Below, one piece after another: positions 14,018 through 26,838 of a stretch of 64,000 nucleotides of DNA. This DNA is from Lytechinus pictus. Its lineage: Eukaryota. Location: positions 20,336,001 to 20,400,000 of the forward strand of contig NC_087245.1 of NCBI RefSeq assembly GCF_037042905.1, read 5' to 3'. The notes under the pieces are model-generated. The model saw nothing but the letters and a program-made list of their open reading frames with translations. It did not search any database and had not been told where the DNA came from. The translations under genes were made by a program, and so were the position numbers. The stretch's first letter is position 1; the number at the start of each line of letters is the position of its first letter.

Positions 14018-15611
14018 CTGATGATTTGGAAAAGAAAAGACAAATATACACAAAATAAATCAAGATGCATGTATCATAAATTGTAAAATAAATGAATAAG
14101 AAAATCTGTTTAGAAAAATCCCATCTTTAAACTTAACAGTATTCACTTTCCTGACTTTGAAAGGAATTTCGAGAATAAATGTTAATATCTTTTCTCAGTC
14201 CATAATTTTCAATGATCTTCTAACATATTCATACTGAAATAGAGGACATAAGGGGGATATATTTAAAACATTTCGTTTTATACTTTTCTACCTTTATTTG
14301 CCTGCCTTGTATGATACTGGTGAAATTTGCTTTTTTTTAATTTTTATCAAAATTTCAGCAATAATATGATGTCAGATTGTTAGTGCATTTGAACATAGTA
14401 GCATGCAGAAATTCAAAACGTTTATTTATTTTCAGATTGGTGATCCACAATACGTTTTCAGGAGTATGGAAAAGTTCTTGCTACCAATTCACATACTAGT
14501 GAGTCTTTCTCTCTAGTACGAGTTTACGACTTATTTTCTGCTTATACCTCCAACGAATTTAAATATTGGATCTTGGCGCTCTGTTTTGTTACTTTAAATA
14601 TACAATTGAGTAGGGTATGTAATTATAATGCACTCGTTGATCTTGGATGTTGACACTTGAGCAATTATCGTTTCCAAATGTTACCTCTCATTATTTATAA
14701 CCGTTTCCTTGGTTGCAACGCCGACAAATTAGTTACGGTCATAACCGTTGATAAAAGTCAATATTCTGTCAGACATGCAGTCCGATTTGAATGATTCAGA
14801 CATAAAGCGCTGTCACATGTTGCCGCTTATCGGTTATGCCTGCCCCTATCCCAACATTTACGTCACACATTGTCAGACAGCGAAAATTAAACTTTGAACA
14901 TTATACATACAGTAGTTGGAAAGCGACTAGCGCTGTCTTTCAAAAAAATCAATATTGCTTTATACCAGTCGAATACATGTAAAAGTCGAATTAACTGTGG
15001 GCAATCGTTTCTCGGAGTGTATCGTTAGTATATATGACAGGGCCTTCAAAATGAATTGGTTGTATACTCCTGCTTCAAAAGGCACCGGAAATGAACAATA
15101 GGACTTTGGAGCAATATTTATCCTTCAATAAATCAAGCAATCAAACATCTCCATCACGTAGCTATCCACATAAGACAACATCATCCCTGCCATATATAAA
15201 CCCCATTTAGTTCCTTTCATCTGTCAATTCTTAATTTGCACACTTTCAGGGTCATTCGTTATTCCTGAATATTCGTTGGTGTTTGTGAATGGGAGGCGAT
15301 CGATCTATATTAATCTGAAACGATAAATTTCGTGCATGAATATGCTTTAAACGTAATTCTTAATTCCAGCTTATTGTACGCACTATCATATTGAACATAA
15401 TAAGCAATAATCTGAATAGCAATGAGCCTTATTACCTTTTATGAGATTTGATGATTTTGATGATGATAAACATATGAAGATGGTTTAGATAATATTTCTG
15501 ATGATATTTTACTATCAAAGTATCATTACGATTATTTACTTCATTACTATCATCGTAAAAACAACTGTTACTATTGTGGTAATAAAATAGTATTTCATGA
15601 TTGATGTCAAC

Positions 15612-15817
15612 NNNNNNNNNNNNNNNNNNNNNNNNNNNNNNNNNNNNNNNNNNNNNNNNNNNNNNNNNNNNNNNNNNNNNNNNNNNNNNNNNNNNNNNNN
15701 NNNNNNNNNNNNNNNNNNNNNNNNNNNNNNNNNNNNNNNNNNNNNNNNNNNNNNNNNNNNNNNNNNNNNNNNNNNNNNNNNNNNNNNNNNNNNNNNNNNN
15801 NNNNNNNNNNNNNNNNN
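15612..15817. other. Assembly gap (206 N)
   Basis: Run of N. Confidence 1.
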
Positions 15818-15820
15818 CAC

Positions 15821-15924
15821 CAAAATGGAGTAAACCGCTCCTTCGTGCCCTTTGAACGTCCTCTTCAGCGCACCTGATTTCGCATCGTATACCCGGGCAA
15901 AGCCGTCACCACAAGCAGTATACA
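15821..15924 (-). CDS. WDR86: WDR86-like, coding exon 3 (104 bp)
   Basis: TTTCAG| acceptor (phase 1 fits exon 2); (V)YTACGDGFARVYDAKSGALKRTFKGHEGAVYSIL; donor GTG at 15820 directly beside the N gap, so the 3' boundary is inferred from phase. Confidence 0.85.
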
Positions 15925-16099
15925 CTGAAAGATGAAAGCAAGTATGTTTGTAAATTGTTAGATATATGTAAAAAGAAAAAAATGCTATCTGTTGACAGCT
16001 TAAACTTCATTTGGCTCAACCGATAGTGAGGGGGCATGGTTAGGTATATACATGTAGAAAAACGAATTGCATTGGTGATACGAGAGGTGTATTTCAAAT

Positions 16100-16330
16100 A
16101 GAAGAGGAAGAACAAAAACAGGAGGGGGAGATGGAGGAGGAAGAGAAGGAAGAAGAACAAGAACAAGAACAAGAGGAAAAGGAAGAAGAAAAAGAAAATG
16201 AAGACAGATGAGAATAAGAAGGTGAATAAGTATGCTGAGGAAGACAAAAAACAACAACAATAACAGCAGCAGCAAAAACAGCACCAAAGACGATAAGAGG
16301 TATATATAGAAGGGATAAGAAGGCTAAGAG
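16100..16330. repeat. Purine-rich (GAA/GGA/CAA) low-complexity tract; similar tract at 18855-19030
   Basis: Direct reading. Confidence 0.8.
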
Positions 16331-18483
16331 AGATATGAATATAAGAACTCATGACAGGAAATTCAGTAGCAATGGCAGCAGCAAAAATAGATCAAATTAT
16401 TGGAAGGTAGGTCACAAAAAAGACAATGAACAGTCACATTATCATGATGAATGTTTCAACATCATAGTTGTTTCCGCAATTGGATTTGTTGACATCGCAA
16501 TATAATGTTTATCAACGTGAGTAACTGTATAACCAAGGTCATGGATGCTATTAATGTTCACTTGAAAGGGGGAATGCGTCACCGGCAGAAATGAAGTGAA
16601 AAAAAAAATCTCATTTGTGTACACTGATAAATTTTCAATGTCACATTCAGTTCAGATTCCGCAACACAACGGATGGATAGAAGAGGAGTTCTGCCCTGAA
16701 TTATGATTTTTTTAATCTCCTTTCTTCTCTTCTCTCTTTCTTTCTCCTTGTCTGTCTTATTACAGTCTTTGTCGCTCTCTCTCTCTTTCTGTTATGTCTC
16801 TCGCCCCGCTTTATATTATCCTAATTTCTATTTTTTCTAAAAATACATCCCATGTGTAAAACATTCTTTTTAATTAACGTCTATGCATTAAAATGACGTT
16901 TAAGGTGTGACCATTTAAATTATTAAGATTAAACAGAGAAAATGGTGGTGATAATATGTGATCTCTGGCGTAAATCTCTTCATGGAAATCGAACAATATT
17001 TCATCAGTTTAACTTTAATTATCTTTGAGAGAATTATATTTGTCCGGCGATGTTAACACGTGATTGCCGATTTAGGGGGAAGCTGTGAAAAGAAAGAGAG
17101 TTTTCGCTCATCGACGTATGGAAAATTTAAGAACTGAGTAAATATATTGAAAATGTCCTTCAAATAACAAAGCACAACTGGGAGGTCTTTGTCGAAACTT
17201 GGTGAATCGGAACAAGTTTCAAGGCTGATGAAATATTGCAAATATGTAGTTTGTCCATACTCAAGAACTGATCTGCTGTTTTGATTCACCGATTTCCGAC
17301 AAAGACTTCTTGGTTGTTCTTTTTCATGAAGGGAATTTGACAATACATTTTACTATGTTGTTGAATCCTCCGTATGTCACAGTAAAAAAACTCCCTAATG
17401 AGGAAAGACAGAGGGAAGGTGGAAGAATGTTTTTGTGTGAATTAATATGTACTTATTTTCTTTGCGAGAGAGAGAGAATTAAGAGAGAGGGGATAAAGAG
17501 AGAGAGAGAGAGTGTGTGTGTATGTGTGCGTGAGAAGGAGGGAGGGGAGAGAGAACCAAGCAAAGTCGTGAAGCCATTCATTTTACTATTCAATACACAT
17601 ACTTGTTATTCCCACTTCAGTGCTCAATATAATGTGAGTTTAATAATGAGATAGCTGGATAGGTGGTTCATGATAGTTCATGTAGACGGTGAAAAGAAAT
17701 CGATTATCATTTTCTTTTAGATTACAAGCGAAATTACAATTCCCCCTTTGAGAAACGGTTAACGTTCACTGATCAACCATAGCACTACGCGGATGAGGCG
17801 GTTGGCATTCTTCATTTACCGTGTGTATATATATACGTAATTAATGCAATCACACTATAATAAAAATATGTACTAATGGTGATAATACAAAAAACTCAAG
17901 TAAATATATACTTATAAGCATACATGTTTGAAATATTACAGCTGACATGAGATGTGCCCGGATATTTTATGAAACAAGTGGGGCGGGCAAGACGAAATCT
18001 AGTTGACGTCTTTTTTTTTCATTATTGGATAATAGGGGTACTACATAGTTATTCGACCCTGACTTCTCTTTTTGATAATCCTTTTGGTCCTTTCTTCCCT
18101 TTCTCACTCTTTTCTCCTCTTTTTCAGTACTTGAAAAATCAGAGGATGCAGTTGCAACTTCCGTTAAGGTGACGACACCATTGGGAAGTAATGAAGACTA
18201 CATTAAAGACGAACTACTTGTACAATACGTATTAATAGGATTCAGGCTTCGAATGCATTAACGCTCTGTCTGTGAAACCTCTGTCAGACTGCTAGTTTGT
18301 ATAAAAGGTATAATGTTTTCTAAGTCAATATTTTCTTCAAAGGATGCTTAATATCTGAATTACATATTCAAATTTGTAAATATGTCCAACCACAAGTGCC
18401 CCGGTGGTAGGAAGGTAGATATACATTCACCTTTTCAGATCATTTCAAAATCTTATCCTAGTCTTTTGTTTTTCTTCGCTTAC

Positions 18484-18619
18484 CTAATCCATCTCTAAAT
18501 TTGACAGACTGTACTGTATGTTTATGTCCTTCGTATGTCCTAGTAAGATCTCCAAACTCTGTCACCCAGCATCTAACTGTTTGATCTGCGCTACCAGTGT
18601 ACATCAATTTGTTTATAAC
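18484..18619 (-). CDS. WDR86: WDR86-like, coding exon 2 (136 bp)
   Basis: TTGCAG|GTT acceptor; VINKLMYTGSADQTVRCWVTEFGDLTRTYEGHKHTVQSVKFRDGL; G|GTAAG donor (phase 1); completes WD repeat 6 in frame with exon 1. Confidence 0.9.
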
Positions 18620-19154
18620 CTGCAACGAGAATTTATTTAAAAAAATATAATAAGATAAGATAAGATTCATTTTATTTATACACGGTTAAAAAGCCCAAAC
18701 AGTTCACAGACTGATTTCCGTTGGGGCCGTGTGGAACACAATATACAATTGACATAGTAAACATTTTAAAACCAGTGTTTAACGAACAATATATATGAAA
18801 AAATATGTTAACCTAAACAGAAGCATCAATGAAATATTACAAATGAATCATAGAAAGGTGAAGAGGAGGGGAGGAGAGGAAGAAAAGGAAGAAGAAGAAG
18901 GGAAAATGGAGGAGAAGAAAAAGACAACGTAAAAGAAAACAGAAGAAGAAAAGAAGAAGAAAAAGAGTAATAATGATAATAAGAAGAAGACAAAGAAATG
19001 ATATAATAATGATGAAGAGTAGATATAATGAACAAACATTTTGTCAGTGTTTTTTTGTACAAACGATATATCAAGCTAATTGGCGTAATGAGCCAGAAAT
19101 GTTGAGGCGACTGTGGGGGAATTTCCCAAAATGGCGCAAGCGAAAATTTATATG

Positions 19155-21227
19155 CAGTGCGTATAAAAAAAAAGTTTACACTTAGAAAAAATCCTGTAAA
19201 ATTTTACATTTGTAATATCCTGAACATTTTTCCACATTTCAACATTGGTACAGATCCATTTAAGCAAATGACGATATAACTGTCGAAAAATATTTCCGCT
19301 TGAGTGAGCACCACTTACTTTTGAAAAGTTAGTGAAAAATGATTTGCGCAGAACTTTGAAATAGTTATGCGAATAAAAGTATACCTTAATCATGAACAAG
19401 TGGAATGCCTCTGGCCGTCTCACCTGTATCACGTGATTCAATATAGCACAAGTGCTGATTTTGAAAACTACTATAACTCGCACAAGATGTTCAGTGATAC
19501 TTGGTTACTCTTATTTCCACGTTTTATGAACTAGACCAATACACTTATAGAGATATGATGGCAATTCAACAAATACCCCCAACGTGGCCAAAGTTCTTTG
19601 ACCTTACATGACCTTTGACCTTGATCATGTGACCTGAAACTCGCACAGGATGTTCAGTGATACTTGATTACTCTTATGTTCAAGTTTTATGAACTGCACC
19701 AACACACTTTCAAATTTATGGCTGTAATTCAACAAATACCCCAATTTGGCCAAAGTTCATTGACCCTAAATGACCTTTGACCTTGATCATGTGACCTGAA
19801 ACTTGCACAGGATGTTCAGTAATACTTGATTACTATTATGTCCAAGTTTCATGAATCAGATCCATAAACTTTCAAAGTTATGATGGTAATTCAACAAATA
19901 CCCCCAATTCGGCCAAAGTTCATTGACCCTAAATGACCTTTGACCTTGATCATGTGACCTGAAACTTGCACAGGATGTTCAGTAATACTTGATTACTATT
20001 ATGTCCAAGTTTCATGAATCAGATCCATAAACTTTCAAAGTTATGATGGTAATTCAACAGATACCCCCAATTCGGCCAAAGTTCATTGACCCTAAATGAC
20101 CTTTGACCTTGGTAATGTGACGTGAAACTCATGCAGGATGTTCAGTGATACTTGATTAACCTTATGTATAAGTTTCATGAACTAGGTCCATATATTTTCT
20201 AAGTTATGATGACATTTCAAAAACTTAACCTTAGATTAAGATTTTGATGTTGATTCCCCCAACATGGTCTAAGTTCATTGACCCTAAATGACCTTTGACC
20301 TTGGTCATGTGACATGAAACTCAGGCAGGATGTTCAGTAATACTTGATTAACCTTATGGCCAAGTTTCATGAACTAGGTCCATATACTTTCTAAGTTATG
20401 CTGTCATTTCAAAAACTTAACCTCAGGTTAAGATTTGGTGTTGACGCCGCCGCCGTCGCCGTCGGAAAAGCGGCGCCTATAGTCTCACTCTGCTATGCAG
20501 GTGAGACAAAAACGCGTTGGATTTAGCTTGTAAAATTGATTTGAAGACATCTTTTACCTTTTTTAACTTGTTACCTTGCCCAAAGCACTTCGAAGAGTGC
20601 ATTGCGCCCCACCCCACTCCCCCACACACCGAGGCCATCGTGACGATATTTGCTTTACACTGAGCTGTGATTTACATGAAATGGCTTAGGCTTCACTTTC
20701 ATTTTGTTAATCATTGTAAAGCTTGGGAAGAGTGTGGAGAAACAAGTATTAATGAAAAATTAAATGTAAACCCACTTTAAATGATAAAAACCTAGTGAAA
20801 AAAAATGCTAGAGATGTCTGATATAAACTTTTGTTCAGATTCAGTTATGTCCTCAGATCCAGCTGGCACAAAAAGGTAAAGGTTGTGCTTACTAAGTGTT
20901 GAAATTTCAATTTGGGTGGCAAAATTGTAACAAAATGCTTGAATGTATCCGTTTTATTTCAATTGACCAAAAGTGCAAGGTAAAATTAATTTCGCCCTTT
21001 CCCCTTGACACAGCGTGAAAACAAGCATTTCTGCGCAAATAGATTTCTGCGAGCTTTACGAAAATGGACAGTGCTCACTCAAGTGTAACATTCTGTCAAA
21101 ACGTTTACTTTCATTGGATGGATGAGACTCAAACCCAAGATTATATGTGAAAAATTTACCCTCATGTTGTATATTTTTGAATTCCCAGGGCTTTTTCAAA
21201 GTGTAAACTTTTTTTTGATACGCACTG
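19155..21227. mobile_element. Tc1/mariner-type non-autonomous element with long imperfect TIRs, interrupted by a nested HINE
   Basis: CAGTGCGTAT(A)nGTTTACACTT ... AAGTGTAAAC(T)nGATACGCACTG|TA; further inverted blocks (TGAGTGAGCAC/GTGCTCACTCA, ATTTGCGCAGAA/TTCTGCGCAAAT). Confidence 0.8.
19395..20510 (-). mobile_element. Helentron-associated (HINE/DINE-1/Tsp-like) element, copy 2, nested
   Basis: Begins AACAAG and ends in an A-run (TT insertion on the minus strand, no TSD); subterminal IRs GTCTCACCTGTAT (19417) and ATGCAGGTGAGAC (20495-20507); extra GTCTCAC at 20482 forming a stem-loop; (GCC)n; ~163-bp tandem units. Confidence 0.8.
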
Positions 21228-22199
21228 TATATATGACATATTTTACATGATATTCAACATGTCAACCTTTTTCTTTTCTATTCTTCCCTTTTTCTCCTTC
21301 TTTTGATTCTTGGACGTGGAACCTATTCGGGAAGGGGGGGCAAAAGCCCCCACCCCTCTCCATTTTTAAGGCGGTGCTAACTTTGCGGAAAAGTTGAAAA
21401 TTCACTTAAGAGTTGATTCAATTATGACCACAGATATTCATATGGAAAAGATGATTGAAATTTACTGAGCATCATGTGTATAGAGTAGTGGCCAGAGTAC
21501 ATAAAGATAAATACTGGAAGTTCAAACCCCATTTTTCCTGACCATGCTAATCTTAATTACTGAAATCTAGAACAGGGAAGGTCGTTTATAATTGGGACAA
21601 TGTGCATGTATCATCATAAGAATCGATTGTTTCGGATAAAATGCGGTCAAAATAATTTGAACGAAAGCCTTTTGCTTTAATCGGAATAAAAATACAATAT
21701 AAAAATATCTAAATGCAGATAATGGGAATGTTTCACAGACAGGTAAACGTGACTTAAATTCATAGCACCACACGCAGAGTCTTAATGGTGACCACTATTA
21801 TATCCTATTTTATTAATTGGTCCTCGATGAAAATTTAAATTTGACTTGTGAACGAAGAGCGACCTTTATCGGCAATACGATCATTTTATGCATAGAGAAC
21901 ACTCGAACAATGATCTTACAGATTTAGTTCTTGAACATCAGAAAAAAATATTCAAAGATTTTATCCTATATAGAATCGTCGTCCTTATCCATTTTCATTC
22001 CCATTCTAAAAAAAAAATGTTCATACCACAAGGATATTTTAAGAAGAAGGGACTTGACATCTTTCAGTGTGACATTAGATTGTAATTTCTATCCAAGACT
22101 TGTCAGACGGAAAATGTTTATGACACCCTCTCCCTTCAAGAAAGGACTTGTCGGATGTTGCATCGGATATGCTACTCAATCAAATTGGCTTGTACCATG

Positions 22200-22450
22200 G
22201 TATCGGCTTATTGCATCCAGTCGGGCAATCACCTATCCTTTTGGGAATAAGGGTCCCCTGAAATGCCGAAACGTCGGGTCCAGTTTGCCCGACCATTGGA
22301 GAGAAAGGCCCCCTAAATTCCTGAAAGGTCGGCTGCAATTAACCCAATGGTCTGTGAAAGTTAGAGCTAATATACTGGACGTTTCGGGAATTTAGGGGGT
22401 CCTTTCTCGAATGGTCAGGTTACGCGATTGCCCGACCGGACGCGATAGCC
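22200..22450. mobile_element. Degenerate palindromic MITE
   Basis: TCGGGCAATC...CCGAAACGTC versus GACGTTTCGG...GATTGCCCGA inverted arms; boundaries approximate. Confidence 0.55.
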
Positions 22451-24208
22451 TGATGTGATGCCACAGGTCATCAGAATCAAAGAAAGTTATCGGATCTGAA
22501 AACTCATAAGACAAAAAAATATATATTGATGACACATTCCTCATGAGTTGTTTTAATCATTTTCCAAACAAACAACGATCACTATACCGATTCAATTTAC
22601 CACAAAATGAAACTTACAGAGTGCATCAACCTCGCTATAAATAACCGGGTCGTTATAATTTGCTTGATCGTTGGCTCTTGATTCAAAGGCAAGTTGGCTC
22701 CGGTTAAGCAGTGGTGCGCTGTTATGTTCACCACAATACACTAGTTAAATCGAAATTGAGATTAAAATTTGGAAGCGTTATAAATGTGAATTAAAAAAAG
22801 AAGGGTAACTTAATTGCTTGATGTAGAATAATTTTCGTTCAACATTTAAAGATGGAAAACTTTGTATTATATTTCCTATCTTCAGATGAAAAATTGTATA
22901 ATCTTTGAAGTAATACGCTGGTTTATATGGCTTGTCTACCTCTGAGTGTGTATAAAACTTCATATCGTGAATAAATAATTGGCATTCATGATGTTGCTAT
23001 GATGCATAACGTTGACATACTGGCGCCACTTATCGTCGCGATACAGAATTGCATGCTGAGAAAAAATAGATTCATTGTACACAAGAAAAACAAAAAAAAA
23101 TATCCTGTTTTATGACTCTCTCGTGCGAAAGTCGAAGATGTGGCGTGTCAGCAAAAAATAAAAATAAGATAGGTGATAAAACTGTGTTCCCCTCCAAATA
23201 ACAAACATGATATTTGAAGAAGTAATATTTATTTTAAAATAATTCCCAGATCAGACTGACCCTGAAATCATGCCTGCTTGTGCAGCACCCTGTTCCGTGA
23301 AAAAAAGAAAGAAAATAAACGACCCGGAATAAGAATCGACAGATCTGACCCACTAATTATAATGCGCACATCGAATCTTAATTCCGGGTCATTTTTAACT
23401 CCGTCGTGAAATACCAGTTATCAGTACGACGCGTTGAACTGATAACTGGGATTTCTTTCTTTCTTGTTTGTTGGATAGGTAATTCCGCGTAGGTAATGTA
23501 ATTATTGTTAGTATAGTTTTATGTGCCTGTTTTGTGCATTGCGTTAATTTATTTAACCCTCGTAACGTTGGGGAAATTAGTCTTTACTATCTGAAGGCAA
23601 TTCACTCCAAAAAAATGAAATGTTGAATCAACATCTAGAAGGTTAGAGTGACATTTTCTATCCAAATGTTATACCTTGTATAAAGCTGAATCGTGTTTGG
23701 TTGATGTTCTAAATGCAACATTAAGAAACGGCTGTCACACCTCCAACCTTTCCAATGTTGATTTGACATTTCATTTTTAGAGCGTTCTTGCTTGTACGAA
23801 AGAGGAACATATTCCTCGAGACGTAAAATATCGTTTCTCTGTTGAAACCTTTAAAAACTTTAAAAAAAAATCATTTTTATTTTTTACATAACCAGGAGTT
23901 TTTTTTCTCTTTCTACAGAGGATTTTCACTTCATGAGTGTCACTATTAAAAGTAGGTTGAATGCAGAGGCATTATAATGATGACAATAGTAAAAACGACG
24001 TAATGAAATGCATCGACATGCAGCCTGTACCCAAACCAAGGCTAAATTAAGTCAAATTAGTGACGTTGATTCAAAATGTCATGTGTTTGAGAGGAACAAT
24101 GCATCATAATTTGGAAATATAGAACCAATGATTTATCCAGACAAAGGCTAGGAAATGAAGAGAGATAGAGAGAGAGAGAGAAAATGGGAGAGGGAGAAGG
24201 AAAGATGC

Positions 24209-24622
24209 AAAACAGACAGTGCCAGAAAGAGAGAATGGGAAGAGAGATAGAGGGAATAAGAAGGGGGTGATGGCGTAATTATAATTATGGAGAGAGCATT
24301 TTATAAGGATGTGGGTACACACGAAAGTACAGGAGTAGAGTAAAAATTTGCGAAGAAGAAAGACCTATACGTATTTGAAAAAGAGTGATGTATATAGAGA
24401 CGAAGTGAAAATGGGGAAAAACAGACAAAGCCAGAAAGAGAGAAGATAGAGAGAGGGGGAGAGAGAAGAGGGTGATGGCGTAATTATATATGGAGAGGGC
24501 ATTTCATAGAGATGTGGTTACACACGAAAGTACAGGAGTAAAGTGAAAATTTGCGAAGGAAGACCTATACGTATTTGAAAAAGAGTGATGTATATATAGA
24601 GACGAAGTGAAAATGGGGAAAA
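24209..24622. repeat. Tandem duplication, two ~205-bp copies
   Basis: ACACACGAAAGTACAGGAGTA...GAGACGAAGTGAAAATGGGGAAAA repeated at about 203-bp offset. Confidence 0.85.
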
Positions 24623-26610
24623 ACCTATATACAAATATTTTGATTATAATTTGATGGCTGAGTGTACGCCGAAAGAGAGTTCCAATAAGACGAAAAAATA
24701 AGATGATATACATTTACATTACTAGTTCCAATCATAAATTGCAGCCTCAACTGTATTTTGCACACGTTAATAACAATAATGGTATAATGGCAAGGAATGG
24801 GAGGAAAATTTCATTTCTTGGGAAAAAAGCTGACCCTTTTCTCTCTTTTTAGATTTCAATTTCTGCACGATTACATCAGAGGAAGGTTAACTCACATATT
24901 TGGCTTGGGCTAAAATCACAATTTGAATTGGATTTTTTTTTCACGAAATCAGGATTTTTTTTGTATTTATTATTATTATTATTTTAGCAAATTGGGTGTG
25001 GCATACACTTCCGAACTCCGTACCCGGGGGTATAGCAAATTTAGTCTCATAAGTTGCGTGACAAAACAAGGAACGACGTGGCGCCAGCTTTTCGCATTAA
25101 TTAGCCCCTGTCTTATTAAAGTTAAATCAAGAAGATTGATCGGAAATAACAGGTAATTGCAAAGTTGGTGTTGGTTTTGAAAGCTCAATATAATTTACCT
25201 TTCCCATCTCAAACACCTAACGTGAGTTTACAAAAAATGTTCAAAATAACATTAGCTTGACCTGTATTATTGTTGCCGTATATAAGCATTATAATAATGC
25301 AATTGGAATCGTTATTATCATAATAATTATCTTAATAGTGATTATTCAACAGGAAACATGGAATCGGCTGAATTGCATCAGTGACAAGAACCCGTATATC
25401 CTCCAAACACATTACCTATATGCACAGCAACCTTCATTCGTTTCACTACGCAAGCTACACGAGTTATATAAATAGACGGTGGAAATTGTTGGATTACATT
25501 TCTTAATGTAAAGTTGATTCGCATTGGCGACAATACATTCATTAATTAATTACCAAACATACAGGGTGGATAGACGTATAAGGAAGCGGGGAAGGGAGAG
25601 AAGGGGGAGGGAGGCATAGAGGGACGGAGAGGAGCAGGGGCAGAGAACTAAAAAGGGTAGTTAGTGCGAGAGAAGTGATGGAAATAAGAGCTAAATAAAA
25701 ACAGTATACACACACGCATGGAACCACATACACACACATTATCGCAGCGAGATGGAAAGAGAGAGAGAGAGAGAGAGATAGAGAGTTGGGCAGAAAAGAT
25801 GAAAATAAAACATCCAGTCGTCAGACGAGGCAAAATAGCAAATTCTACCTTTTTAAAAACATATTACAACCCCCATCTCTCCTGTCATGAAGTGATGATA
25901 GTGTATCATCAACAAGACATTATAACCATTGCTGATTCATCTAATATCGATTTCATAGTTGAAATATTTTTATTACAATGAAGTTTACGCAATACGTATT
26001 GTAATTGTTACCATTTATGTGGGTTATACAATCATTTCGCGATGTAATTGTTGGTCACAAAACTCACAATAGCACCCATCAGTTTCCAGATGATTATTGA
26101 AGGTCTAGGAAAGAAAATGCTTCGCTAATTTTTTTGGCTCATTTTTCGGAATTCTTGCACAACAAGTTCATAGAGAAACAAAATTATACCAACAGATATT
26201 GATGGGATACGAAGAAAGTTGACACAATATACACATATGATGATTTTGTAAGAAATTAATTCATTTCTGAATGCAACTAGTTTTGAAATGGGGAAAAATT
26301 GTTTTTAGATGTGTAAGAGTTTGCCACTTCCTAAAAGTTCTGATCGAGCAAAATACTTTGTCAACATTGTAGGATAAATCTATACATTTTAGCATTTCTT
26401 TCATAATACGTAATCAAGGTCGGTTCGTTCTATTTTGTCAGACGTTCTTCCTAAAATAAATTAAAAATCCTTGACTTTACAACAATTATTATTCTAATAA
26501 AATTATCTATAAAATATTACAACGAAACAAAATTACTGTCAGTGTCCAGTCAGTACCCACTTTTTGATTAAATGATGATTTTCCGGTCAGTAATTTGTTG
26601 ATTTAGATAA

Positions 26611-26838
26611 TACACTCTAAAAAATATTGGGTAAAAGTGCTCCATGAGGGTAATTATGTGTCCAACCAACATTGGGCATTTCTTTTGGGCATTTTTATTT
26701 ATCCAGTGTGATGAAAATTTTGCCCATTCTAAAGTTATTGCTGCTTACCCGCATTGGGTAAAATACTGCCCAAAATTGGTTGGATACATAATTATCCTCG
26801 TGGTGGTAAAAATTTTACCCAATATTTTTTACAGTGTA
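26611..26838. mobile_element. Palindromic TA-flanked MITE related to 5404-5620
   Basis: TACACTCTAAAAAATATTGGGTAAAA ... TTTTACCCAATATTTTTTACAGTGTA; inner GAGGGTAATTATGTGTCCAACCAA inverted. Confidence 0.85.

Noticed and set aside
15906-19185. Phe/Leu/Ser-rich ORFs over purine tracts
   Set aside because: Low-complexity microsatellite translations (apart from the real exons at 15821-15924 and 18484-18619).
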